Shown in pieces: positions 8,656-17,922 of a stretch of DNA of 64,000 bases. The notes below the pieces were generated by a model that was not told the DNA's origin, ran no database searches, and saw only the letters and a list, made by a program, of their open reading frames with translations. The stretch comes from Betaproteobacteria bacterium (GTDB lineage: Bacteria; Pseudomonadota; Gammaproteobacteria; Burkholderiales; SG8-39): the NCBI GenBank assembly GCA_052386675.1, contig JBQTJX010000004.1, positions 71,330 to 135,329 of the forward strand, read 5' to 3'. The stretch's first letter is position 1. The number at the start of each line of letters is the position of its first letter. A program made the position numbers and the translations under genes.

Positions 8656-10757
8656 GACCCCTTCGGATAATCCATGATCGAGGGCTCGTCCTTGGCGTTC
8701 ATCATGTCCACCACCCGGCAATCGGCACACATCTGCAGGCGCTTGAGCGCGCCGCCGCCCGCAAACATGGAATGCGCGCCCAGCTTGCCGGACATGTTTT
8801 CGATCATCCTGCGTGTGCCGAAGGGCGTGCCGCAGCGCACGCAGTTGAACGGCTCGGCCTCGTTCAGCGTCACCGCTTCCTTCGCCTGCGCGCCGAGCAG
8901 CAGTCGCGGCACCAGCCTGATGGCGTCCTCCGGGCAGGTTTCCGCGCACAGGCCGCACTGCACGCAGTTGCGCTCGATGAAGCGCAGCGCCGGTGCCTCC
9001 TGCGCGTCCAGCAGCGCGGATTCCGGGCAGGCGCCGATGCAGGCCTTGCACAGCGTGCAGCTGTCCTTGTTGATCGCCAGCGTGCCGTAGGGCGCCCCGG
9101 CGGGCAGCGGGATCTCGTCCTTCGGCGCGGGCGCGTGCTTCGCGAGATGCTCGAAGGCGAAATCCAGGGTGCCGCGCTTCTCGGCCGCGAGGTTGAAGGT
9201 CGCGGGGATCTTCACCGAGGGCGCTGGCGCGAGGCTCCACAGCGCCTGCTCCAGCGCCGCCGCATCTTCCGCCTCGATCACCGAAAACCGGCTGCCCGGG
9301 TAGCCCAGCGCCGACACGATGGCCTGCGCGAACTCCATCTGCTTTCGCATCGCGGCGACATAGGCCGTCTCGCCCAGCCGAGGGGCGACCACGCAGACCT
9401 GGCTGGCGCCGTAGGCGAGCGCGCCCAAAAGGAAGTCCATCCCCACCGAGGCGGCATGGAAGGCCTCGAACGGAATCGCCCTCGCCGGCAGCCCCCGACC
9501 TGCGCCTTTCCCGCCCTGACCGCGCGAGCCGTGGCCCGCGCGCCGGCCGACTTCATGCAGCAGCTTGCGGCCCGCCTGCAGGTCGTGGACGAGCACGCAT
9601 GCGTCGCGCCCGCCCGCCTGCGCGTAGGTCGAGAGCATGGTCTTCAGCCGCGCCCCGATCTGCGCCATGCCCGGCACGACATGGGTCAGCGCGCCGGAAG
9701 GACAGACTGTCGCGCAGCCGCCGCAGCCCGCGCACAAGTGGGGCTCGACGCGCACGTGATCGCCATCGGGGCGGATGGCCCCGGTGGAACAGACGTCGAG
9801 GCATTTCGTGCAGCCGGTCTTGCCCGAGCGGCCATGAGCACAGATGCGCTCTCGGTAGTGCGTGAAGCGCGGCTTGGAGAACTCGCCCACCAGCGCGGCG
9901 AGCTTCTGCGCCGCGAGCGCCTGCTCAAGCGGATCGGCGCCCGGCGCGGCATATCCCTGCGGCAGGTCCGGCATCCGCAGCAGCGGCACGCGCGACAGGT
10001 CAAGGACGAGATCGAAGGTTTCCCGGTGCCGGGCCTCGGGCCGCGAGAAGTCGATCGCGCCAACCGCCCCGCAGGCCTTGACGCAGGCGCGATGCGACCT
10101 GCAGCGAGACAGGTCCACCTGGTAGGTGAAATCGATCGCGCCCTCGGGACAGGCGTTTACGCAGGCATTGCACCGCGTGCACAGCTCGAGGTCGACGGGG
10201 TTCTCCTGGCGCCATTCGATGTCGAATGCGCCGAGCCAGCCCGACAGGGCCAGCGGCTTGCCCGACCAGACCGGGTAGCGGCGCTCAGCCGGAAGCTCTC
10301 CTGCGCCTGCTTCGGTCAGCAGCACGCTGACCTGCAGCGACTGGCACAGACGCTCGGCCCAGTCGAGCGCGGCGCCCGCGGGGCCGACGATCAGCATCTG
10401 GCCCGAGGACTGGTAGTCCACCTGCGCCACCGGCTCGGGCTCGGGCAGCGCGGCGGTGGCGATCAGCGCCGCGATCTTGGGCTGCGCCGAGCGTCCTTCG
10501 GCGGACCATCCGGCCAACTCGCGGATGTTGACGAAGGAAATGCGCGCCTGCGAGTTCGCGCCCTCCGCCAGTTCTGCGAACAGCGGCGCTTCCTGGGTGC
10601 AGGCGACGATCAGGTCGGAATCCGACAGCGCCGCCTGGAACGCGCCCGCCTCCTTGCGGCAGAGCTCGGTGTGCAGCGCCACGCCGAGCGCTTTCGCGTC
10701 CACCGGGATGGTGCCGTTGCAGGAGCAGAGCTTAAGCGTCTTGTTTTGCAGCGCCAT
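8652..10757 (-). CDS. Large multi-cluster 4Fe-4S ferredoxin-domain protein (fdh-associated)
   Basis: 701 aa. N-terminal LCSCNGT motif. At least six CxxCxxCxxxC(P)-type motifs (CTRCNACVNACP, CTKCLDVCS, CAGCGGCATVCP, CTLCKACIGACP, CVQCGLCAETCP, CVRCG...CADC). Confidence 0.8.
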   Translation of the reverse strand: MALQNKTLKLCSCNGTIPVDAKALGVALHTELCRKEAGAFQAALSDSDLIVACTQEAPLFAELAEGANSQARISFVNIRELAGWSAEGRSAQPKIAALIATAALPEPEPVAQVDYQSSGQMLIVGPAGAALDWAERLCQSLQVSVLLTEAGAGELPAERRYPVWSGKPLALSGWLGAFDIEWRQENPVDLELCTRCNACVNACPEGAIDFTYQVDLSRCRSHRACVKACGAVGAIDFSRPEARHRETFDLVLDLSRVPLLRMPDLPQGYAAPGADPLEQALAAQKLAALVGEFSKPRFTHYRERICAHGRSGKTGCTKCLDVCSTGAIRPDGDHVRVEPHLCAGCGGCATVCPSGALTHVVPGMAQIGARLKTMLSTYAQAGGRDACVLVHDLQAGRKLLHEVGRRAGHGSRGQGGKGAGRGLPARAIPFEAFHAASVGMDFLLGALAYGASQVCVVAPRLGETAYVAAMRKQMEFAQAIVSALGYPGSRFSVIEAEDAAALEQALWSLAPAPSVKIPATFNLAAEKRGTLDFAFEHLAKHAPAPKDEIPLPAGAPYGTLAINKDSCTLCKACIGACPESALLDAQEAPALRFIERNCVQCGLCAETCPEDAIRLVPRLLLGAQAKEAVTLNEAEPFNCVRCGTPFGTRRMIENMSGKLGAHSMFAGGGALKRLQMCADCRVVDMMNAKDEPSIMDYPKGS

Positions 10758-11211
10758 CCAGTGGATCCATTTTTGAGTCCAACTGCGGGTCGGAATGCGG
10801 GGCGGCGGCTTCAGCCTGTGCTTGCGTCGCCGCGGCCTGCGGCTTCGGCTCCTCGAACAGCACGCTGCGTGCGTGGTCGAGGCGCTTGAGCATTTCCAGC
10901 GGGATCGGATCCTCCTTCGTATAGTCCTCCATGTAGGCCTCGAACGGATCGTGCACGTTGTAGCGCGCGTCCGCGAACAGCTTCTTCAGCGCGGCCCGGC
11001 GCGTTTCCGGAGCAACCTCGGCGGCCATGAACGGCTTGAAATCAGACTCGGTCGTCAGGCTCTCGACCGGAGGCAGCGGCGCCGGCGGTTCCTGTGCAAC
11101 TGCAGGCACCGGCGCCGCTTCGGGCTCCCGCTGCGGTGGCGCAACTTCCTCGCGCGCCTCGACCTTGCGCCGCGACCAGCGCGACAGGAACGGCTCCCGA
11201 TCCTCGTTCAT
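10732..11211 (-). CDS. DUF3306 domain protein
   Basis: 159 aa, FLSRWSRRK... N-terminus, Pro/Glu-rich middle, conserved ...[23 protein letters not shown]... Assignment from memory. ATGA-coupled to the upstream gene. Confidence 0.65.
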   Translation of the reverse strand: MNEDREPFLSRWSRRKVEAREEVAPPQREPEAAPVPAVAQEPPAPLPPVESLTTESDFKPFMAAEVAPETRRAALKKLFADARYNVHDPFEAYMEDYTKEDPIPLEMLKRLDHARSVLFEEPKPQAAATQAQAEAAAPHSDPQLDSKMDPLDGAAKQDA

Positions 11212-11687
11212 CGCTGCGGGCGGTCCTTCGGGTGCAGGAAGGAGCGGGGCTTGATGCGCTTCTTCGGTTCCGGGCGGTAGTTGGCTTCGACGTATTCGCC
11301 CACCCAGGCGAACAATTCCGGAGACATGGACACGCTGTCCACCGAGTTGCCGCCGTCGAGCCAGCGCCCGCCTTCGTAATAGCTCGCCGTGACCTGCAGC
11401 GGCAGCGCGGTTCCGCTATCCTCGTCCATGCGCCAGAGCACGAAGATGCGCGGCGATCCGGAAGACACGTTCAGGTAATAGCCCTCGGCCTCGTCGCGAT
11501 GCAGCTCCAGCGGGAACCCCGGGTGCAGCCATTGCGCAAAGGCCGGCTCCTGCACGAGCAGGCGCGGCGCTCCCGCCGGTTCCTCCGATTCGATCACCGA
11601 CCAGGGTTCCCACTGCACGCTCTCCCACCGGTTGCTGGTGGTGCGGCGCTGCATGATTACTGCGAGCGTTCTCCTCGGTATTTCCAT
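11208..11687 (-). CDS. DUF3305 domain protein
   Basis: Start placed at ATG 11687 (MEIPRRT...); ATG 11762 is possible but would overlap the moaA start region. ...[12 protein letters not shown]...[11 protein letters not shown]... pattern recalled as DUF3305. Confidence 0.65.
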   Translation of the reverse strand: MEIPRRTLAVIMQRRTTSNRWESVQWEPWSVIESEEPAGAPRLLVQEPAFAQWLHPGFPLELHRDEAEGYYLNVSSGSPRIFVLWRMDEDSGTALPLQVTASYYEGGRWLDGGNSVDSVSMSPELFAWVGEYVEANYRPEPKKRIKPRSFLHPKDRPQR

Positions 11688-11733
11688 TCGCGCGACTATA
11701 CCCTCTGCTATGATTTTGCGGCGAAAAGCACCA

Positions 11734-12803
<1,070 letters not shown>

Positions 12804-12813
12804 GCGCAAGCTG

Positions 12814-13668
12814 GTGGCAGCGGCATCCCGTCCGGTCCTCACTGACGCCGCGCGCCCGGCCACCTTCGAGGTCGAGGCGATCAACGAGCGCGGCGAGTCG
12901 GTGCCGACCTCCATCGCGGGCGAACACCCGCTTACCCTGTACCTGGACAAGCGCGAGCTGGTGACGCTGATGACGCTGGGCCACGCGCCCGAGGCGCTGG
13001 TGATCGGCTACCTGCGCAATCAGCGCCTGGTCGATTCCATCGCCGACATCAAGGCGGTGCAGGTGGACTGGGAAACCGATTCGGCCGCGGTCACCACCTC
13101 CGGCAAGGTGAAGGACGTGCTGAAGAAGACCCGCAAGCGCACCGTCACCACCGGCTGCGGCCAGGGCACGGTGTTCGGCGACCTGATGGACGAGATCGAC
13201 AAGCTGAGCCTGCGCGACGACGTGCGCCTCGCCGACAGCCAGCTGTTCGACCTGGTGGAGAAAGTGCGCAAGTACGAAACCATCTACAAGCAGGCGGGCG
13301 CGGTGCACGGCTGCGCCCTCGCCGCGGTCGCGGGACCCGCATCGATCAAGATCCTGATGTTCGTCGAGGATGTCGGCCGCCACAACGCGGTGGATGCCAT
13401 CGCCGGCAGGATGTGGCTGGATGGCATCGATGGCTCGGACAAGATCTTCTACACCACCGGTCGGCTCACCTCGGAGATGGTGATCAAGTGCGCGCAGATG
13501 GGCATTCCGTTCCTGGTCTCGCGCTCGGGCCTGACCCAGATGGGCCACGACATCGCGCGCCGCGTCGGACTCACCATGCTCGGGCGCGCGAGCGGCCGGC
13601 ACTACCTCGCCTTCACCGGCCAGCACCGGCTGCTGCGCACTGCGCCGCAGGCCACCGCGCTGGCCTGA
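12814..13668 (+). CDS. fdhD: Formate dehydrogenase accessory sulfurtransferase FdhD
   Basis: TTGCGQGTVFG, GAVHGCALA, EDVGRHNAVDAI and SRSGLTQMG motifs. No ATG after the moaA stop, so GTG 12814 was chosen and the start is uncertain. Confidence 0.8.
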   Translation: MAAASRPVLTDAARPATFEVEAINERGESVPTSIAGEHPLTLYLDKRELVTLMTLGHAPEALVIGYLRNQRLVDSIADIKAVQVDWETDSAAVTTSGKVKDVLKKTRKRTVTTGCGQGTVFGDLMDEIDKLSLRDDVRLADSQLFDLVEKVRKYETIYKQAGAVHGCALAAVAGPASIKILMFVEDVGRHNAVDAIAGRMWLDGIDGSDKIFYTTGRLTSEMVIKCAQMGIPFLVSRSGLTQMGHDIARRVGLTMLGRASGRHYLAFTGQHRLLRTAPQATALA

Positions 13669-13678
13669 TTCCGCCTCC

Positions 13679-14620
13679 ATGCTGCCGCAGCTGCCAGCCG
13701 CCCAGGCCGCCGCCTTGGCCTGCGAAACAGTCGCCGACTGGTGGCCGCGCCACCGCGCCATTGCCGCGGAGCACCCGGACCCGATCCACCAGGCGATCGT
13801 CGGCGGTTTCGTCGCCGACCGCGTCGGCTGGGCATTCGCCTCCGGATACCAGGCCGCGCTGCGCGCGCTGGTGCCCGACCTGCCGGCGGACCGCATCTGC
13901 GCGCTGTGCGTCACCGAGGAGGATGGCAACTCGCCCAAGGCAATCAAGTCCACGCTCCGGCGCAACGGCTCGGGCCTGATCCTCGACGGCGCCAAGCGCT
14001 GGACCACGCTCGGGCCGGACGGAGGGCTGTTCCTTGTGGCGGCACGCGATGCCGATGCTCAGGGCGAGCGCCCGTCGCTGAAGGTTGCGCGAGTCGCGTC
14101 CGGAGCGGCAGGCGTCACTGTCGAGAAGATGCCCCCGACCCGCTTCGTGCCCGAGGTTCCGCATGCGCGCCTGAAGTTCGAAGGCGTGCGCGTGGAGGAA
14201 TCGGCGCTCCTGCCCGGGGACGGCTACGACCAGTATGTGAAGCGCTTCCGCACTGTGGAGGACATCCACGTCCAGGCCGCGGTGCTGTCCTACCTGATGC
14301 GCGAGGCGCAGCGGCTGTCCTGGCCGGAAGGCTGGATCGAGCGTCTGTCGGCGCTGCTGGCGGCGCTGGGCAAGATCGCGGACATGCCTGCGGAGAACGC
14401 CGAGACGCATATATCGCTCGCGGGCGCGCTCGCCATCGGCAGCGACCTGATCGGGGAAGCGGAGGCGTTCTGGATGAAGTCGGCCGCCGACCCGGCGGCG
14501 CTCAGGTGGGGGCGCGACCGGGAATTGCTCAAGGTCGCGAGCGGCGCGCGGGCGCAGCGCACCAGGCGCGCCTGGGAGCGCCTGCGCGGCTTACGTCGGG
14601 CAAATGTTACCGATCGGTAA
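13679..14620 (+). CDS. Acyl-CoA dehydrogenase-like family protein (short form)
   Basis: 313 aa. ...LILDGAKRWTTLGPDGGLFLVAAR... and ...LLPGDGY... resemble the ACAD middle and C-terminal domains. The final codons and TAA stop lie inside the 26-bp palindrome. Confidence 0.55.
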   Translation: MLPQLPAAQAAALACETVADWWPRHRAIAAEHPDPIHQAIVGGFVADRVGWAFASGYQAALRALVPDLPADRICALCVTEEDGNSPKAIKSTLRRNGSGLILDGAKRWTTLGPDGGLFLVAARDADAQGERPSLKVARVASGAAGVTVEKMPPTRFVPEVPHARLKFEGVRVEESALLPGDGYDQYVKRFRTVEDIHVQAAVLSYLMREAQRLSWPEGWIERLSALLAALGKIADMPAENAETHISLAGALAIGSDLIGEAEAFWMKSAADPAALRWGRDRELLKVASGARAQRTRRAWERLRGLRRANVTDR

Positions 14621-14626
14621 CATTTG
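14601..14626. repeat. 26-bp perfect palindrome CAAATGTTACCGATCGGTAACATTTG (family copy 1)
   Basis: It is its own reverse complement, checked base by base. Low GC relative to its surroundings. Supplies ...NVTDR-TAA to the upstream CDS and lies 100 nt upstream of ATG 14726. Confidence 0.9.
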
Positions 14627-14725
14627 GGCGCCCAGGGCGGCGCGGGCGTGGCCCTCGCAGCGAAAGTGGACGCGTTCGCAGTTCAGGGTTGTTCAGGCGC
14701 CATCACTCGTGGCAAGGTTCGCCGC

Positions 14726-16156
14726 ATGGCCGCCGAATTCCTGGTCCTCGTCAAACGCGAATGCGAGACCTGCCAGATGGTCGGGCCGGTGCTCGCCGGC
14801 CTGAAAGCACGCGCCCCCCTCACGCTCTTCTCGCAGGACGACCCCGCGTTCCCCGAAGAAACCGGCGGCGCGCTGGACGACCGGTCCCTGGCGCAGTCGT
14901 GGAAGCACAAGGTGGAGATCGTCCCGACGCTCATCCGACTCGAGGGCGGCCGCGAGGTCGCCCGCACCGAGGGCTGGAACCGCGCCGATTGGGCAAGGCT
15001 CACCGGCATCGCCGACATCGGCAAGGCGTTGCCGCCTTCGCGCCCCGGTTGCGGCTCCCTCACCATGGACCCGGGCATGCCGGAGCGCCTCGCCCTGAAA
15101 TTCGGCGACCTCAAGCTCGCCTCGCGCCCGATCGAAGTGGCCGAGCTGGACGACCCGCACGAGGTCGCCTACGACCGCGGCTGGTCGGACGGCCTGCCCG
15201 TCATCCCGCCCACCGACCTGCGCATCGCGAGGATGCTGGCAGGCACCACGCGCAAGCCGGACGAGGTCATCGGCCTGATCCCGCCCAACCTGGTCGAGTG
15301 CACCATCGAGAAAGCAGCCATCAATGCGGTGATGGCCGGCTGCCGGCCGGAGTACTTCCCGGTGGTGCTGGCGGCAATCGAGGCCGCGCTCAAGCCGGAG
15401 TTCTCGATGCACGGCCTGCTGGCGACGCTGTGGTTCTCCGGCCCGGTGGTGATCGTCAACGGACCGGTGACGAAGCGCATCGGCATGAACTGGGCGGGCA
15501 ACGCGCTCGGCCAGGGCAACCGCGCCAATGCCACCATCGGCAGAGCGCTGCAACTCGTGATCCGCAACGTGGGCGGCGGCCGGCCGCAGGAAATTGATCG
15601 ATCCATACTGGGAAACCCGGGCAAGTACACCTTCTGCTTCGCCGAGGACGAGACCGATCCGGAGTGGATGCCGCTCAACGTCGCGCGCGGCCATCGGCGC
15701 GGTTCATCCACCGTGACGCTGTTCCACGGCGACGGCGTGCACGCGGTCTGCGACCAGCGCTCGCGCGACCCGGAAAGCCTGTCGGGCTCGCTGGCGCTGA
15801 CGCTGTGGTCGGTGTGCCACCCCAAGCTCGCGCAGTGGTCGCATGCGATCCTCGTGCTTTCGCCCGACCATTACGACATCTTCAAGCAGGCCGGCTGGGG
15901 CAGGAAGGAAATCGAGGCCGGGCTGTGGCAGGCGCTCAAGCGCCCGGCGAAGGACCTGGTGCAGGGCGCCGGCGGCGTCGCCGAGGGCCTCGATCCGTCG
16001 CGCGCGGACGAGATCGTGGACAAGTTCCATCCCGGCGGACTGCTTGTGGTGCGCGCCGGGGCGAGCGGCGGGCTCTTTTCCGCCGTCATCGGTGGCTGGT
16101 CCGCCCAGCGCCGCCATACCGAAGTTCAAGTCGTATCAAAGGAGATCGGGACATGA
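14726..16156 (+). CDS. Thioredoxin-like (CxxC) domain fused to a ~370-aa domain of unknown function
   Basis: MAAEFLVLVKRECETCQMVGPVL...VEIVPTLI is Trx-fold-like with a CETC motif. The remainder (…GWSDGLPVIPPT…AINAVMAGC…) I cannot assign. The stop overlaps the next ATG (ATGA). Confidence 0.65.
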   Translation: MAAEFLVLVKRECETCQMVGPVLAGLKARAPLTLFSQDDPAFPEETGGALDDRSLAQSWKHKVEIVPTLIRLEGGREVARTEGWNRADWARLTGIADIGKALPPSRPGCGSLTMDPGMPERLALKFGDLKLASRPIEVAELDDPHEVAYDRGWSDGLPVIPPTDLRIARMLAGTTRKPDEVIGLIPPNLVECTIEKAAINAVMAGCRPEYFPVVLAAIEAALKPEFSMHGLLATLWFSGPVVIVNGPVTKRIGMNWAGNALGQGNRANATIGRALQLVIRNVGGGRPQEIDRSILGNPGKYTFCFAEDETDPEWMPLNVARGHRRGSSTVTLFHGDGVHAVCDQRSRDPESLSGSLALTLWSVCHPKLAQWSHAILVLSPDHYDIFKQAGWGRKEIEAGLWQALKRPAKDLVQGAGGVAEGLDPSRADEIVDKFHPGGLLVVRAGASGGLFSAVIGGWSAQRRHTEVQVVSKEIGT

Positions 16157-16686
16157 CGCAGGACGGCTACGTAATGCGCGACCCGACCGCGGAAACCGCG
16201 GCGGCGCAGCGCGAAAGGCTGGCGCCACCGCCGGACCTCTCCAAGGCCGCCATCGGGCTGCTCTGCATCTCGAAGGAGCGCAGCGAGGAGTTCCTCGACA
16301 CGCTCGCCGAGCGGCTGGGCGCGCGCGGACTCGAGGTGCTGCGCTTCGCCAAGCCCACGCACACCAAGCCCGCGCCGGAAGCGGTGCTCGCGGACATCGT
16401 CGAGCGCTGTGACGTGGTGGTGGAAGGGCTCGCCGACTGAGGTTCCTGTACGTCGTGCAGTTTGCATGACCTGCAGAATCTCGACCGGCGCGGCATCCCG
16501 GGATGCGGCGTGGCCACCGAGGCCTTCCGCCAGGCGGCGGACGCGCAGATGAAGTCGCTCGGCTTCGCCGCCGGGCTGGTGTGGGTGCCGCATCCGGTGC
16601 AGAACCGGACGCGCGCCGAACTGGTGGCGCTGGCGGACGAAGCGCTGCCGAAAATCCTCGCCCTGATCGAGCGCAAGGCGGCCTGA
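16153..16686 (+). CDS. Candidate UGSC-family selenoprotein (177 aa, Sec at codon 96 encoded by TGA 16438-16440)
   Basis: AAGGAGA SD 8 nt before ATG 16153. ...VVVEGLAD-TGA-GSCTSCSLHDLQNL... continues in the same frame to TGA 16684-16686. The downstream half has no SD of its own. Confidence 0.65.
16438..16440 (+). other. In-frame UGA, proposed selenocysteine codon
   Basis: This single TGA separates two same-frame ORFs (15664..16440 and 16462..16686 in the ORF track). It is followed by GGT TCC TGT, giving U-G-S-C. Confidence 0.6.
16452..16485 (+). promoter_or_regulatory. Candidate bacterial SECIS hairpin
   Basis: GTCG-TGCAG-(TTTGCATGAC loop)-CTGCA-(GAATCT bulge)-CGAC, starting 12 nt after the UGA. 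Folded by eye only. Confidence 0.3.
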
Positions 16687-16696
16687 GCCGACCGGA

Positions 16697-17920
16697 TCAG
16701 ATCGCGCCGGTCCGCCTCAGATCCTCGATCTCGCCCGGCGCGAGCCCGATCCAGTCGCGCAGGATTTCCCCGGTGTGCGCGCCCAGCGCCGGGCCAGCCG
16801 AGTCGATGCGACCCGGCGTGGCCTCCAGCCGCGGCACGACGTTGGGCAGCGCCAGGTCGCGTTCGCCAGGCAATCTGGGCTCCGGGATGAACGCGATGTT
16901 CTGTCTCGCCGCGTACTGCGGATCCGAGAATATTTCGTCGATGGCGTAGACCGGCCCGCAGGGCACTTCGCCGCGGCTGCACAGGTCCAGCAGCGCTTCG
17001 CGGTCGTGCCGACCCGTCCACTCCGTCACCGCGGCATCCACGGTTGCGCGTTCGGCTTCGCGCTGCGCGAGCGTGCCCCAGCGGCCCTCGCCTGCCCATT
17101 CCGGATGGCCCATGGCCGCGGCCAGGCGCGCGAAGATCTTGTCGCTGGTGCAGGCGATCGCGATCCAGCGCCCGTCCTTCGTCGGGTAATGGCTGTGCGG
17201 CACCACGTTGACCGTGCCCGCGCCCATGCGCTGGCGGACGGTGCCGCTGTGCTGGAACGCGGGCGCCAGCTCATCGAGGATCCGGAACACCGATTCGTAG
17301 AGCCCTATGTCCACCACCTGTCCGGCGCCGCTGCGGTCGCGCTCGCGCAAGGCCATCAGCGCGCCCATCGCGCCATACATGCCCGAAAGGTAGTCGGGCA
17401 GCGTCGCCGAGCCGGGCGTCACTGGTGGCCGGTCCGGATCGCCGGCGAGGAAGGAAATGCCGCCGAAGGCATTGGCGATGCGGCCGAACCCGGGCCGCGG
17501 GCTGTAGGGCCCGGTCTGTCCGTAGGCGGAGATCCGGACCATGACCAGGCGCGGGTTGCGCGCCTTCATCGCCTCCCAGCCGAGGCCCCACTTTTCCAGC
17601 GTCCCGGGCTGGAAGTTCTCCACCAGCACATCTGCCTTCGCAGCCAGGCGCAGGAGCAGTTCCGCGCCCGCCGGATTCTTCAGGTCGATGGTGACCGATT
17701 TCTTGTTGCGCGCTTCCGACAACCACACCAGCGAATCGCCGCAGTTCGTGGGCGTGCCGAAATGGCGCGTCGGATCGCCGGTGCCCGGCATCTCGACCTT
17801 GACCACCTCGGCGCCGAACTCGGCGAGGAACGTGGCGCAGTACGGCGCGGCGATGAAGGTGCCGCAATCGAGCACCCGCACCCCGTCCAGCGGCCGCGGC
17901 GCTCCGCTCGCGCGCGGCAC
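16697..17920 (-). CDS. Family III CoA-transferase (CaiB/BaiF-like)
   Basis: GTG 17920 start. PLDGVRVLDCGTFIAAPYCATFLAEFGAEVVKVE...DVLVENFQPGTLEKWGLGW...VRISAYGQTGPY... are classic family III motifs. Confidence 0.9.
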   Translation of the reverse strand: MPRASGAPRPLDGVRVLDCGTFIAAPYCATFLAEFGAEVVKVEMPGTGDPTRHFGTPTNCGDSLVWLSEARNKKSVTIDLKNPAGAELLLRLAAKADVLVENFQPGTLEKWGLGWEAMKARNPRLVMVRISAYGQTGPYSPRPGFGRIANAFGGISFLAGDPDRPPVTPGSATLPDYLSGMYGAMGALMALRERDRSGAGQVVDIGLYESVFRILDELAPAFQHSGTVRQRMGAGTVNVVPHSHYPTKDGRWIAIACTSDKIFARLAAAMGHPEWAGEGRWGTLAQREAERATVDAAVTEWTGRHDREALLDLCSRGEVPCGPVYAIDEIFSDPQYAARQNIAFIPEPRLPGERDLALPNVVPRLEATPGRIDSAGPALGAHTGEILRDWIGLAPGEIEDLRRTGAI

Positions 17921-17922
17921 GC

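Noticed and set aside
11688-11733. Possible Moco riboswitch upstream of moaA.
   Set aside because: The divergent spacer is only about 46 nt, far shorter than the ~130-nt Moco RNA motif, and I saw no matching conserved stems.
16493-16506. The 14-nt perfect palindrome GCATCCCGGGATGC downstream of the UGA, considered as the SECIS element.
   Set aside because: It starts more than 50 nt after the UGA, which is too far for a bacterial SECIS. The hairpin at 16452-16485 has the expected spacing. The palindrome may simply encode GIPGCG.
16690-16712. GACCGG-N11-CCGGTC hairpin between the convergent selenoprotein and CoA-transferase genes, considered as a bidirectional terminator.
   Set aside because: The stem is only 6 bp, there is no T tract, and it lies partly inside the CoA-transferase coding sequence.
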